From positions 89,218,001-89,282,000 of the forward strand of contig OX638149.1 of the NCBI GenBank assembly GCA_951804945.1: a DNA stretch of 64,000 nt, in the 5' to 3' direction. Each line of letters begins with the position of its first letter. The stretch's first letter is position 1. This document shows positions 37,805 through 50,793 of the stretch, one piece after another. The notes beneath the pieces are model-generated. The model was not told the origin of the DNA and made no database searches. It saw only the letters and a program-made list of their open reading frames with translations. Source of the stretch: Podarcis cretensis (lineage: Eukaryota). Position numbers and translations under genes: made by a program.

Positions 37805-38510
37805 TGTAGATATACAGCTTTGTATACTTATGTGTGGATGGTAAGATGTTTCTGTACGCATAGGTGAGATGTTTATCTCAATAGTCATTTGTTGACCTGG
37901 TATATAAGTGAACTTGGAAGAATTTATTGTGGATGGAATAAAGAAAGCTAAGATAAATAGAGTATGACACCAGTGTTTCTTGTGGGGTGGACGGGCCATT
38001 CCTTTTAGGAAGGTGATCACAGAAGAGGTGCCCATTGGTATATTAATCAAATTTTCAGAAATGCAACCGAATTTCGAATTCTTATCACATCTGGAAAAGC
38101 CACTGTATTGAGTCAGATCATTGGTTCTTGCTGCTCATCACTGTCTGGACTGACTGGCTCAAAGCACAGAGGTATTTTCCAATCCTACTTGGAGGTGCTG
38201 GGAATTGAACCAGGAACCTTCTGCATTCAAAACATGAGCTCTATTGCTGACCTGTAGCCTCTCCAAATAGTTTTATTTATTTTATCAGGTTGCAGGCCAG
38301 ACTTTCATGTTTTCTACTATGCTAGGTGCTCTTGTTTATGACAGTTCATGCCACAATAAACCAATGCACACAGAATATGTATGTTACCTTACTCTCTTTA
38401 CAGTCATTTTTCCTCAGAAAAAACACATTTCCCTTTACTGTATTCTATGCATTGAATGATCTAGCTTACAAAGGACAAGCTTGCCATGGACTGCACTAAA
38501 CAGTGTCATC

Positions 38511-38693
38511 ACTCATTGGTAGAGCAACTACTTTGCCTGCAGAAGGTCTCAGGTTCAATCCCCAGCATTTCCAGGTAGGGCTGGGAATACCTCTTGTCTG
38601 AAATCCTGGAGTTCCACAGCTAGCAAATGAAATCAGTTCTGAGCTAGATGAGCCAATAGCCTGTCTTGGTATAAACGGCTTTCTCTGTTTCTA
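38511..38693 (+). mobile_element. tRNA-derived squamate SINE (Squam2/Anolis SINE2-like)
   Basis: A box-like ctcattggtagagca and B box ggttcaatccc, then tccaggtagggctgggaa...gagctagatg...ggtataa. Antisense relatives at ~14045-14185 and ~38085-38260. Confidence 0.7.
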
Positions 38694-39250
38694 TTATTAA
38701 ATACAGTGCTGTTGTTTTCTTAGTAGGATTGTGGACAGAGGTTGTAAGTACTGGCTTTTTTGGGATGAGGGGACAGCATGCTGACATACACATATTAACA
38801 TTTGTCCATACAGAAAGGTCACATTCTCAGCTTCCTGTGAAATATTTTCCCCTCCGGAATGTTTTGCATGCATAGAATCACATAATGGGTTGCAAACTGT
38901 GAACTTACAAGATGAAGCAAAAATGACAGCCTATTCGGAAATGACCCAAGTCCACTCAAAGTTTGTTTCAAGAATGTGAACATTCTTGTGAGCAAATAAA
39001 TGCAGTCATTTATCTGAGTGGACATCAAAGTCTGAATATGGCAGCTAGTTTGTTTAAGGTCACTGTGACTTAGAGCTTCATAAAGAGATCATGGGGAATT
39101 AGGAGAATCAAGAATTTTGGATAAGATGTTTGAACAAGGTGGGTTCTTCCTGTGCTTGAGTCTTAAGAGTCCTGTTATCTCCAGCTCTATATCATGTCTT
39201 ACAGGAATAGGTTAATAACGGATTCTGCTCTCTCCCATTGCTTCCCCCAG

Positions 39251-40128
39251 GTTCTCTATAGGTAGCTACCCATCAGAGAACAATGGCAGCGTAGCCATTT
39301 CATCCCAGCCATCAGCTGAGTCCAGCTTCCAATCCACCAACCTTTCTCAGGGGCCGTCGGCGAACAGCAGCTACCAAAACACCTCTACATCAACTCAGGG
39401 CCTTCCAGCCTATATGAGTGCCGACTTCCCTGATGGCCGAGCCAGCACTCAACAAGATAGCCACCCAAGGCCTCAACCCCAAGCCAATGCAGTTGCGGTC
39501 CATGTCATGCCTGGAAGCCCCCACTCCCTCCACAGAACGGTAGCCACCAACACCCCCCCTAGCCCAGGATTTGGGCGAAGAGCTGTCAATGCTAACATGG
39601 GAGCCGTTCCAGGAAGCCCGAGCATGAGCAGGCATGTAATGGCTCCATACGGCAACCTCGTTGCATCGCCTGGGAGTCCAAGCCTAACTCGGCAGCAGCC
39701 CATAATGGGAGGCAGCACATCCATGGTCTCTGGAAGTCCCAACTTAGATCGGCATATCATATATGGATACTCAGCTCCAGAGGAGAAGCGCCCAACGCTG
39801 TCCCGCCAAAGCAGTGCCTCAGGTTATCAGGCTCCCTCTACCCCATCTTTTCCTGTCTCCCCGGCCTACTACCATGGAGTCAGTAGCCCACATTCCTCGT
39901 CCCCTGACTCAGCAGTGTACCGGCAGGGAAGCCCCACCCCAACCCAACCACTGCTCCCTGAAAAGAGAAGGATGTCATCAGGGGATCGGTCAAACAGCCT
40001 GCCTAACTACGCCACAGTGAATGGCAAGACCTCTTCACCCATCTCCAGTGGCATGTCCAGTCCCAGCAGTGGGAGTGGCATGGCCTTCCATCATACTCTG
40101 CCTGATTTCTCCAAGTTCTCAATGCCAG
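39251..40128 (+). CDS. TNS1: Tensin-1 Ser/Pro-rich coding exon (878 nt, phase 2-1)
   Basis: Acceptor cttcccccag; donor CAG|gtaaaa. Includes [62 protein letters not shown] and [12 protein letters not shown]. Confidence 0.97.
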
Positions 40129-40498
40129 GTAAAATCTCCGTTCTTGCTGCTTCTCACTTGAGTAGTGGGCATCATGGGAATTGGGGAGGGGGCATTTCTG
40201 GGTCTTTAGTCTTCCTATTATACCCTGCTAATCAGTACTTGATAGATGAGAATCTGATCATCATCAAGGATTGTCCTGAAATGATCAGCATCCTGATTTT
40301 TTTGCAGTGTGTCATGTAGGCACCACTACCCTGGAGTGCAAGGCTCTCCTCATTTTTTTGCTTGTGATACTCCATATTTGGCATCATTTGGTTGAACACA
40401 AGTAATCTGTTTGGAATAAAATTGTCTTATCTTGATGAGACCCCATAAAACTTCCTTTCCTTGAGTTCTCCCATTTTCATTCCTTCTTTGTCTCTTAG

Positions 40499-40585
40499 AC
40501 AGCAGCCCTGAGACCAGAGCTAACGTGAAGTTTGTTCAGGATACCTCCAAGTACTGGTACAAACCAGAGATCTCCAGGGAGCAAG
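40499..40585 (+). CDS. TNS1: Tensin-1 exon, start of SH2 domain (87 nt)
   Basis: Acceptor tctcttag; donor AAG|gtaggt. Encodes [29 protein letters not shown]. Confidence 0.98.
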
Positions 40586-42056
40586 GTAGGTCTCTGCCCT
40601 AGCAGAACAGAGTGGCTCGGCGGACAACACTTGGCAGTCATACGCTCAACATTTGAGTGACTTGGGGCTCGTCCACACTCTGCTTGTCCCATGCCTAGAA
40701 AGGACAGATCTGAGAGGTTTTTTTGCTTGTCCTGTGCTTTCTGTGAACAGGTCTGAGAAGTTTTCCATTTGCTCTTCTGCTTTCCCCAGGAAAACTCACT
40801 CTTTACTACTGAATTGGAACAAATGTCAATCAGTGGAAAACCCAATTGCTGTTTGCTCCAATTCTGTGATAAAGAGCAGGTCTTCCCCAGGGAAAAGCAG
40901 CCAACTACAAGCTGAAGTGTGGAGGAGCCATTGCTTTGGTCCTTGGCATTCAAAGAAACTGCAAAAGCTGCAAGGACAAATCAAACACTTCCAGAACATT
41001 TTTCCTCCTCCAGGGGCCTCCATTATGATAGAACTTAAAGTACGTCCTCTTGGAATCCTATTGCTAACCACAGTGATTCTGCGCTAGCCATGGGTAGTTA
41101 ACATTGGCTATTTTTACAGCACATCTGCACCTAGTATGATAACATTCCCATTGCCACTTGGCAAAATGATACAGATGACCAGACTATCTCAAGATGAGAG
41201 AGCTTGCCACAGGAAAAGTTAGGCTGTTTATATATGGAATCATTGGCATCGGTGGCAGGAGGAACTTGGATACAGATTCCAGATTTGGTCCTTATCAAGC
41301 TCCTAGACTCTGGTGGATGGTACAATTATCGTGTGCCAACGTAACCAAGTATTCCTCTTGCCTTCAACCTGTTAGAACACACATTCTCTTTATAGATGCT
41401 TTTTAAGATGTATATTTGGGGGAAAAAATAGCTTGACTTGCCTCACTGCCCCTCAGAAACCTTTACAACTTTAGTCTAAACAGTCCTGGTCCCTTCAACC
41501 ATTCCCTCATAGAACTGGTATTCCAAAAACCTAGCCTTCTTTGTTTCTCTCCTCTGAACCCTAGCCAGTTTGACAGTATTAAAAATAAAGTGCAATTAAG
41601 TAGCTTAATCCTTTGAAGGCTATATCCTTTCACCCGTACATCACTGCTTTGATTCACCCAGTGGCCAGTTGTAGTCTGATGGCTATTTTAAGTGGTGATG
41701 GGCATTTCCAAAGCTATTAGATGTTACCTGTTTCCTATACTCAGCAATGGAAAGTTTAGTTGTGTTCCTTTCTCTCCCCTAAATTAAATCCAAACAGTGG
41801 AAAACTTCTCTAATCTCAAGGGAAGTAGGAGTTGACTCTGAGACTTTCATAAGACCCAAACAACTAAATTAGACTGAATAATAAAACTGACTCTTTTTAG
41901 CCTAAAAGTGGAGTGGATCTTTCTTTCTAGCTTAACCCTTATCCTAAGGCAGGATAGCCTGTATCCCCAGCAGATGCTTGCCCAAATGTTTCTCACAATT
42001 TTCTTGGTAATATCCACTCCACAACAAGAACACACTCCTTGTTTAAACAATTGTAG

Positions 42057-42285
42057 TACAGTGGTACCTCGGGTTAAGTACTTAATTCGTTCCGGAGGTC
42101 CGTTCTTAACCTGAAGCACCACTGTAGCTAATGGGGCCTCCTGCTGCCGTTGTGCTGCAGCCGCGTGATTTCTGTTCTCATCCTGAAGCAAAGTTCTTAA
42201 CCCGAGGTACTATTTCTGGATTAGCAGAGTCTGTAACCTGAAGCATATGTAACCTGAAGCATATGTAACCCAAGGTACCACTGTA
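42057..42285. mobile_element. Tc1/mariner (Tigger/pogo-like) MITE
   Basis: TIRs cagtggtacctcgggtta / taacccaaggtaccactg flanked by TA on both sides; internal repeats of taacctgaagca. Confidence 0.88.
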
Positions 42286-44107
42286 ATGGCAAGCTGGATA
42301 GGAAGGTAGTGGGGCCCTGAATGGCTGCTTTTGCTTCAAAATAAGAGTGGCCAGCTTAAGCATATTTTATAAAAAGTTGTGAGTAATGTAAGGTGTAGTT
42401 TGGTCCTCAGAGGCTGGGCTCTGTGTGTTTCATCTGCTGTGCCACATTACAGCTTCAATTTTTTCACAGATCACATTTATTCTAGAAATTCAGCGAATGA
42501 CAACTGAAGAGTGATCAGTGCAGATGGACATTGCTTAGAAGTCTCTAACTGCTGGTTCTATAAGGGAGAAGCTAGATGTGATATCAAACAAATGCTTGCC
42601 ACTGAAAACAGTGCCCCTCTTTCACCGAAATGTTTACATATAGTTTGATGTCATCATACTCGGTTATATCAGCTGCTAGTTCTACTCAAAGTAGACCCAC
42701 TGAAATTAATGAACATGACTAGGGACTACTAATGCAACGGTCTACTTTGAGTAAAACTTAGTTGAATACAACCCACTGTTCATTCCCCTGCTCTCTCCCA
42801 TTAGCAGCTGATGATATAGAGCATGGATGAGGGTAAACACAATGCAATGAAGCCACACCACATATTTCAGTAATCTGAGCACAGGATCGGGGGCTTTTTG
42901 GCAGCAAACCTGTACTTGGCATTGCAACATTTAGGCCTAAGTGGATTTTAACCTTGGCCACTGGCTGTGGGAAGAGAAATGCAAAGTGATCTGTAGAAAG
43001 ATCCAGCAGTAATGTGAAATTGGAGCAAGACATTTCCCCACTTAGAGTGCCTTGAAATGTAGAGCCTTCTGGTGCTTGTGCTATCCCTTCAGCTTCAGAA
43101 GTGTACGGTTTCTTGCCCAGCACAGATTAACAATTCATCCTCACCTCTGTGCAATTTCTCACCTCCTAAAATAGATGGTTCAGGTCCACTATTGACACGT
43201 GTAATAGGGGAGTCTGCAACAGACGTGACAAGTGCACACTTTGGATCCCTCTGTTGACATGTGGACATGCATGTACTACTGAGTCACAGGGACTGAAAAA
43301 AGAGAGGCACCCACTGACAGAGAGTTAATGACTTCACTAGTACTGTGCAGTATTGAATTTACATTTTTAAGAAGAAAATAATAGAAGTGGTTTTTAGAAC
43401 AATTCCATCCTATGGTGGCTTATGTTTACATGCAAAGATGTGCAAATAAGTATATGCTATATTGGGGTAGTCAAGGTGTTGAGGCTTAGAGATCTTGCAA
43501 GCATGTTGGTTGTGATTTTGGCCATGAGCCATGTTATAATGATGAATGAGGTGCCTCTGTCCCCAGCCAATGCTGATAAGCTACCTCTCAGATAATTGTG
43601 AGCGACCCCTTTAAAAGACTTTGTTTATGTTTCTGTCAACAGCAATTCCTCTCACCCATTCAACAGCTGAGGCACTTGGCAGCCCAGCTCTGCAGATCCA
43701 TCCTTAATCCAAGAACACGTCCCCTCATTTCCTTCATGTCTCCCCTTGCAAGGGTAAAGTGACTGTTACTGAATGGAGGCTGGCCCTGTTTCAGATCAGA
43801 TTCTCTGGGGCAAGGACTTTCTTGTTCCTCCTGCAGTTTTACTTTTGCCTTAATCAAATCTTAGAAGGATATTTGCCTTCAAGTATACAAGTAAATTAGA
43901 AAATCGTTATTGCTGCTGTGATGGGCAAATTCCTGGTACTGTAGCTACAATGGAGAGGATACTTGGTGGGAAATGCTAGGACTAGTTGTGTGAATTGGGC
44001 CTCAGAGCCTTTTCTTATACATTTAATGTACATTGATGTACATTAATGTAAGTGCCCTATACTGCTTGGATCCATTTACATACATGGGATATGTTCTTCT
44101 TTCTCAG

Positions 44108-44239
44108 CCATTGCACTGCTGAAAGACAAGGAACCTGGGGCTTTTATCATTCGAGACAGCCACTCCTTCCGAGGAGCCTATGGATTGGCCATGAAAGTTG
44201 CTTCTCCGCCTCCTGGTATTTTGCAACAGAGCAAGAAAG
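44108..44239 (+). CDS. TNS1: Tensin-1 SH2 exon (132 nt)
   Basis: Acceptor ttctcag; donor AAG|gtatcc. Encodes [44 protein letters not shown]; FIIRDS is the SH2 FLVR motif. Confidence 0.98.
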
Positions 44240-44770
44240 GTATCCCCTTCTTTCACTTTTAGTAATGCCTCCCCTCTCCCCCGTAGCCCTAATGGAACAC
44301 ATAAAATGCAGATCACTCTCAACCCTGACAGTATCTGTTCATCTGAAAATGGGATATATTTGGGCGGTTATACCCCTGCCAAGGGAATGCCTGGATGCCA
44401 AATTCTGTGCCAGGTATGATATTTCATACTTTTAGTGTTTGTGGCTTATGCTAATAGCAAGCCCCTGTTTTCAGACTAGGCTCCAAATGTTTTGTCTTGT
44501 GAGGAAACAGAGATTGAGATTTTTGTATCCTATCAGGAGCTTTTCTAAATAGGAACTGAGCTGCGGCATGGGAAATCAGGGCGTGACTGATATGATTAGT
44601 TCATTAGAAAACACATTCTTACTCCAGATTGCACACAGCTATGCCATCTTGTGGCGATAACAACAAAAATTTGGTGTGAAGTCAGGGCCTTGAGTTTCTT
44701 CTGCCATAAATAGTGATGCCGATAACCTGCTTTCATTGCTTCATTCATATATGACCATTTCTAGCATGTA

Positions 44771-45013
44771 AAAAGGTAAAGGGACCCCTGACCATTAGGT
44801 CCTGTCGTGGCCGACTCTGGGGTTGCGGCGCTCATCTCGCTTTATTGGCTGAGGGAGCCGGCATACAGCTTCCGGGTCATGTGGCCAGCATGACTAAGCC
44901 ACTTCTGGCGAACCAAAGCAGTGCACGGAAACGCTGTTTACCTTCCCGCCGGAGCGGTACCTATTTATCTACTTGCACTTTGACGTGCTTTTGAACTGCT
45001 AGGTTGGCAGGAG
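44771..45013 (-). mobile_element. Sauria SINE, 5'-truncated
   Basis: Reverse complement of the 3' two-thirds of the 2332 copy. 12-bp TSD TTCTAGCATGTA at 44759-44770 and 45014-45025. Confidence 0.92.
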
Positions 45014-45200
45014 TTCTAGCATGTAGCATGGAGTAAAGGAAGTCACTATAACTGAGAAGGTAAATTGTTATAATTTCCTTTTGCTTGCCATTGAAGGGCA
45101 GCATGGTATGAGTTTATGGCCCACCATAAACTAAATCAGAGTGTTATGGCTTAAAAGATGCTTTCAGAACTTGCAATGAAATCCTGATTTGTCCCAACAG

Positions 45201-45293
45201 GAGATCTCACCAATGAGCTGGTTAGGCACTTCCTGATAGAAACCAGCCCTAAAGGTGTGAAACTAAAAGGATGCCCCAATGAACCAAATTTTG
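45201..45293 (+). CDS. TNS1: Tensin-1 SH2 exon (93 nt)
   Basis: Acceptor cccaacag; donor TTG|gtaagt. Encodes [31 protein letters not shown]. Confidence 0.98.
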
Positions 45294-45870
45294 GTAAGTG
45301 CCTACTTTAAAAATGAATTAGAAATACTTTGTATAAACCTTTCCTGCCCTCTGCTTTTCATAAATAGAACTGCCTGGTCCCATCCCACTCTCTTGTGTTT
45401 TATTGAAGATAAATGTTCTGCCCAATTCTGCCCTCTTGTGGAGGCTGTGGTGAAAAAACAACAATATTATATATATTTCGAGGACTTCTGGCACTAGGGA
45501 GAAATGGATATAACAGAAACCAAGATGCATAATGATAATTTTATTGATATATGTTTCTTAATAATAACTTATTGTGCTGTCTTGATTAATTTTTTATTAT
45601 ATACATTAAGCTTTTGCAAATTATATATATAGAGAGAGCATGTGTCTTAGAATCAAAAGTAATCTGAGCAACAGGTTTCAGAATTTGACCCTGGACATTC
45701 AGATATTTAGACAGCTAAGTATCCAATTCATTTGGTGCATTGTATAGAAATCACTGAGGATAAACATAGTGTCACATGTAGCAGAATGTAGCAGCAGAAA
45801 CTGAGTGCCACCAAAATTGCACCATCGGGTATCTTTAACTTTTGTCATATTTCCCTGTTCTCTTGCCCAG

Positions 45871-45948
45871 GTTGCTTGTCAGCTCTCGTGTACCAGCACT
45901 CCATCATGCCTCTGGCCTTGCCCTGCAAGCTGGTCATTCCCGATCGAG
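45871..45948 (+). CDS. TNS1: Tensin-1 exon, end of SH2 (78 nt)
   Basis: Acceptor tcttgcccag; donor GAG|gtaaag. Encodes [26 protein letters not shown]. Confidence 0.98.
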
Positions 45949-47089
45949 GTAAAGACGTGTACATAGTGTGGAAAGCACTTGTGGGCATCAGGAGCAGAGT
46001 ACATGGAGAGAACACCACCGTTTATTCATCAGGAGTGTGTGTGTGTGTGTGTGTGTTCAAAAGCTCTCAAAAGAAGAGTCACTTTTTTGTTTTAGGGTTG
46101 AAATACTGTATGTCTGAAGACAGGAGCCTTGAATCAGACGATTACAGGAGTCATAAATGCACAACTTACACGAAGGGTGCAGGAGAATGCTTATATTTAA
46201 TAAATATAAGTGTTTACTTGGGGGCAGCCATGCTTTTGCTGTAAAATCTCCCCTGAGAGCAATGGAATAGCCTCAAGTTCAGTTGCTCCCTGTGGGACTT
46301 GTTCCCCATATCTATTCAAAAGTGTGTAATGGCAAGAACACACTGCACAGTAGTTTCTCGTACTGTGTGTGGCTGGAAGACTCTCTGGAGCTTTGGGAAA
46401 GGATTTTTAAAATTGGGAGGGGGCGGAAGCAGCACTGGAAACCTCGGTCTATCTAATAAAGAAATCTGCCATATTGCAGATTTTAAAGTGGACTCATGAT
46501 GTGATACAGATCAAATCAGGTGAGTCCACTTTGAAATCCAAGATTCCTCCCCCATCCCTAGGCTTATACTGAGGGAACAGGAGAAAAGAGAATGTTCAGT
46601 TTTATAAAGGATAAGGAATCATAAGGACCTTGCATAAACATAACAAATTCTGTCGCCAACATGTTTCACTGAAAGCAATTTAGGTAGCAGTGAGATTAGC
46701 GAGCAGCAACACTGTATTTCTCTATCTCTGTGGGTGTGTGATTGTCCTCTGGGAATCATGCAGAGGGACAAACTATGTAAAAGGCACTGACTGTATGTTC
46801 ATTTTTCATGAATTCAAGATAATCCTTCCTGCTTTAATTTAGTTGACTTTTAATGGCTACCTCCTGCTGGTTCTGTTTACAAAAATATGAAGATGAGAGA
46901 GAATCTTTTCTCCATACATAAAAATGTATTGCTAGAATTGTTAAGGGGAAGTCAACCTGTACCCCTTGTGACACCAGTTGTGGGTACAGCAAGGTAACAT
47001 GAATGTGTTAAATGAACTTGAGCATGTGGACTTAGAAAGAGCTCTTGCTGATGGCCAAAAACTTCCCTTCTTTTTTTTGTTTTTTGAAG

Positions 47090-47161
47090 ATCCCATGGAT
47101 GAAACAAAAGAGACAACCACATCAAGCAACTCAGCAACAGACTTGCTCAAACAGGGAGCAG
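47090..47161 (+). CDS. TNS1: Tensin-1 SH2-PTB linker exon (72 nt)
   Basis: T-rich tract + gaag acceptor; donor CAG|gtgagt. Encodes DPMDETKETTTSSNSATDLLKQGA. Confidence 0.96.
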
Positions 47162-48454
47162 GTGAGTAGCTTGGATAGAAAGGGGAAATATTTCAACCAG
47201 TTTAGAAGCCTTTTACCGAAATGAAACCTCCCCAACCTTGTCTGGGAATAAAGCCCCGTTGTATAGTCTCTGGAATTTACTGAGCAGCACTGCATGAAAA
47301 TGTTTTAAAATATTCTTTCTACTTAACTTGGTAGTACTCAGAGCAAGCTCTGTACACACATACATGGCCCTTTTGTTCCTTCATCATACATTTAAAGCCC
47401 TGCGGTTCCTTGTACCTGGAGCAGTGCAAAACTGATAACGTTTTTGCCTGAGCATTGCAGGTACACTGTAAGCATTCATAATTGCATAATGTTTTAAGGT
47501 CTTGTAGTGTGCTATTGTAATTTCACTGTACTTTTAAAATATTTAATTTAAAATTTTAAAATTTGCTTTTGAAATTTTAGTTTAAAAGTTTTGCTGCGTT
47601 TTTCTTACCAGCTTTAACTATCAGTCAAGTTCTTCGCACACTATCACAGTGATACTAGCAAGCATCTATGACTGGCTGTCAGTTGGCTGGGCAAAACTAA
47701 ACTCAGCTTTCTATAATCTTCCTGTTTTTGTTTTGTTGTTGTTATCTTATGAAAACAAAGCAATTGTCCCTAGTGTTATTAGAAGATTGTGTTAGCACAC
47801 ACAATGTTGATATTATCGGCTCATTTTGACCAGTGGAAGCCTTGCGTGGAAATTAGCCATCAGGAGAAAAGCTCTGACTAGCTTATTTCTTTCCAAGATT
47901 ACAGTGGTCCCAGCAAGATAAGGAACTGGAATAAAGATTGTAGGCAATGGAAGGGTTCATGGTAGGCTTGGCTAAACCATGGGTCTCCAGATCTTGTCAA
48001 ACTTCAGTTCCCACCAGCCACAGCCAGCAATTTGCCAGTCATCAGCGAAGGTTGTAGTTGAACAATTGGTCCATGGCATTTGAAAGTGGCCAATGGGGGG
48101 ATTGCTGGAGTAAATTGGGGGAATTATACTTCATATTGATGTAGCTTAATCACTTCTCAACTTTTGATTGTGATTTCTGCCATTGGGAGCAACAGACTCT
48201 AGGCTCTCCGATTACTGAAATGGTAAACTTGTTTGACTTCTTGCAAAAAGTCAGTCATATACAGATCCACATTCCCTAGCATAGTCCACAGTCATTGGGG
48301 AAAGCTCTTATGAGCAGGCAGCAAATAGACTGCAAAGACAAGTTATCCTCATTATAGTCCAGGCGGCAGCAGGATCGAGCCTGCTTTAGCCTTTGTGTAT
48401 CCTGCATTGTGCCATCCCACTGAATGCGTGTGCCACTGTTTTTCCCCCCTCCAG

Positions 48455-48623
48455 CCTGCAATGTGCTCTTTATCAACTCGGTGGAGATGGAATCATTAAC
48501 AGGGCCACAGGCCATTGCCAAAGCTATCACGGAGACGCTGGCCGCTGACACCCCACCATCTGCTACTATTGTCCACTTCAAAGTCTCAACGCAAGGAATC
48601 ACCTTAACAGACAACCAGAGGAA
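48455..48623 (+). CDS. TNS1: Tensin-1 PTB exon (169 nt, phase 1-2)
   Basis: Acceptor cccctccag; donor GAA|gtaaga. Encodes [57 protein letters not shown]. Confidence 0.98.
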
Positions 48624-49035
48624 GTAAGAGCCAAATATGGTCTGGGACTCAGAATGATCTGTGGGCTTCGAAATGAAGACTGTTTTTTCACACCCATTAT
48701 CTGGTTGTGTTAGTGAGAAGTTCCCCAAGTTACTCTCTGCTTCATAAATAAGGCCCTCGGCAGTGGCACTGGTATAATACCCCATTTCAAACTTCTGTTT
48801 TGTCATAATTGGCTAGTAGGCATCAAGTAAAGCTCAGGATATTTTTGCATTTAATACATCCCTGCTGGCCAGTGTTCCATTAGCCTTGCAAATGACTGGT
48901 GCAGAGCTCATGTAATAGGATGGTACTGATTACCTTGGGGTTGTTTGGCCATTTGTATGGATGGGCCCAGAAGCATTCATCCACTATCATTTCTTTTAAC
49001 TATGTCACTTACTCATGTTCATATTTCTGTTTCAG

Positions 49036-49104
49036 GCTGTTCTTCAGACGACATTACCCCATCATCAGTGTCACCTTCTGTGATGTGGACCCACAGGAGA
49101 GAAA
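49036..49104 (+). CDS. TNS1: Tensin-1 PTB exon (69 nt, phase 2-2)
   Basis: Acceptor tgtttcag; donor AAA|gtaagt. Encodes [23 protein letters not shown]. Confidence 0.98.
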
Positions 49105-49713
49105 GTAAGTGGCAGCAGGGTTTTCGTTTTATTGTGATTAAAGAGACTCAAATCAAAAAAGTACTTATAGGCAGATATATCATAGCAAAGATGGGGTGGG
49201 GAAAATGACTTTCTGTTTTCTATCCCGGGTTATTTATTTATTTAAAGACTTTTACTGTTGCTTTCCAGTGTAAGCTTGCAAGGTGCCTAATAAGAAGCAG
49301 CTAAAACTCAACATTTGGGCAGTATTTTAAAAAAATAAAAATAAACAGTGAAAAGAGCAATAAACCAGAGAAGGCAAGAGTAAAATACACCAGCCATTAA
49401 AGTTCAAGAGCCTGGCTCTGAAAATCTAACAGGATAGGCACCAGCTGAGTATCACTAAAGAAAAAGAAAAAAGCCCTGTCACCTCTGCATGTGACTGTAC
49501 CTTGAACAGTGCCTGGTTTGCATATCTTAAGGAACAGGCAGTTTCACAGAACAGGATCATATCCATAAAGGAACTCCTAATTTATATCAGACAAAGAACC
49601 TATTTAAGGAGCACTAAACCATAGCTGAACAAAGCGAAATATAGGAGATGGCAGAACCCTTCATTCCCTTTGCTTCTCAGAAAATCCAAAGTTCTTGCAG
49701 ACTCCATTTTCCA

Positions 49714-49843
49714 CATAGAATTCTATAATTGTAGAGTTGGAAGGGACCATGAGGGTCATCCAGTCCAACCCCCTGCAAGGCAGGAATCTTTTAAACCCAT
49801 GACCCTGAGAGTAAGAGTCTCGTGCTGTACTCACTGAGAGCAG
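49714..49843 (-). mobile_element. tRNA-Lys-derived SINE with CR1-type tail
   Basis: Minus strand reads ctcagtgagtacagcacgagactcttactctcagggtcatgggttt (tRNA-Lys-CTT-like), then gcagggggttggactggatgaccctcatggtcccttccaactctac, which matches the CR1 3' end at 63420-63488. Confidence 0.8.
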
Positions 49844-50048
49844 AAATCTATGCAATTAAACTTCTGTTCTTCTGTGACACTGCAGCAAGGTGGACTTCCT
49901 TAATTTCCAAAACACAGGAAATTGTCAATAGTAGGTGAGATTTCTAGGTGCCTCACACACTTGATTATCCTTTATAAGGAACTACGGGAGGAGCAAAGGT
50001 GACAAACTGAACTTTGGTGAACCATTTGCTTTAGACAGTAGGGAAGCA

Positions 50049-50237
50049 TCATGGGAACACAGAAAGCTGCTTTATACCGAGTCCAACTATTGGTCCAACT
50101 AGGCCAGGATTGTCTATGCTGACTGGCAACTGCTATCCAGGGCTTCAGACAGGGGACATTCCCATCCCTACCTGGGATGCCAGGGATTGGACTTGGGATC
50201 TTTTGCATCTGAAGCAGATGCTGTACCATTTAGCTAT
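50049..50237 (-). mobile_element. tRNA-derived squamate SINE, same family as 38511
   Basis: Reverse complement similarity to the 38511-38693 copy (aagctgctttataccgagtc...cctacctgggatgccagggattg...accatttagcta). Confidence 0.7.
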
Positions 50238-50760
50238 ATCATATCCCTGCTAGTTTCAGGGGCTTGGATTGGCATAAATATTTTGACATGAGATTCCAGA
50301 AGACTGACTAGAAGGGCCTGCAAAAATCACACCATAGCCCATTGTTGTTTATGAAAGCTGTTCAATAGTGGAGGCACTGGAGCAGCACTGGAGGCACTGG
50401 AGCAGCTTGTATTTCAGAGACATTTTCCCAACAGCTCATAATTTCAACACTTTTGAAGATCTTAATATATTCTGGCAACAGACCGTTTCTCAGAAGAAGG
50501 GGATAAGGAAGAGGGGTTTCTCATAATAGTAGGAGGTAGATGGAGCCCACGCCCCTTTCTTGGCTGTACTTATTTGTTACTTTAAACAGGGAAGAAAGGG
50601 GTCAAGTGATTAGCCACCAATTCAGTCAAAGTGTTACTTTACCAGTCTTCCCTACCCCCATACCCCACTTTAATTACTCCACTGTACAGGTTCGACCTTA
50701 GTATTATTGTGGATTCCTGCCCTGGTGAAAATTAACCAAAGGCTGTTCTTATCTCCTCAG

Positions 50761-50793
50761 GTGGACTAAGTCAGACAGTGGTGGTGCTGCAAA
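50761..50793 (+). CDS. TNS1: Tensin-1 PTB small exon (33 nt, phase 2-2)
   Basis: Acceptor atctcctcag; donor AAA|gtaagt. Encodes (K)WTKSDSGGAA(K), corresponding to human KWMKTEGGAPAK. Confidence 0.95.

Noticed and set aside
18269-48640. Perfect CArG boxes at 18269 (CCAAATTAGG), 27019 (CCATAAATGG) and 48631 (CCAAATATGG)
   Set aside because: A rough composition-based estimate gives a handful per 64 kb by chance; they are unclustered and conservation cannot be assessed here.
49790-49843. Functional tRNA-Lys gene
   Set aside because: Acceptor stem and T-arm are degraded or truncated, and it is fused to a CR1 tail; it is a SINE head.
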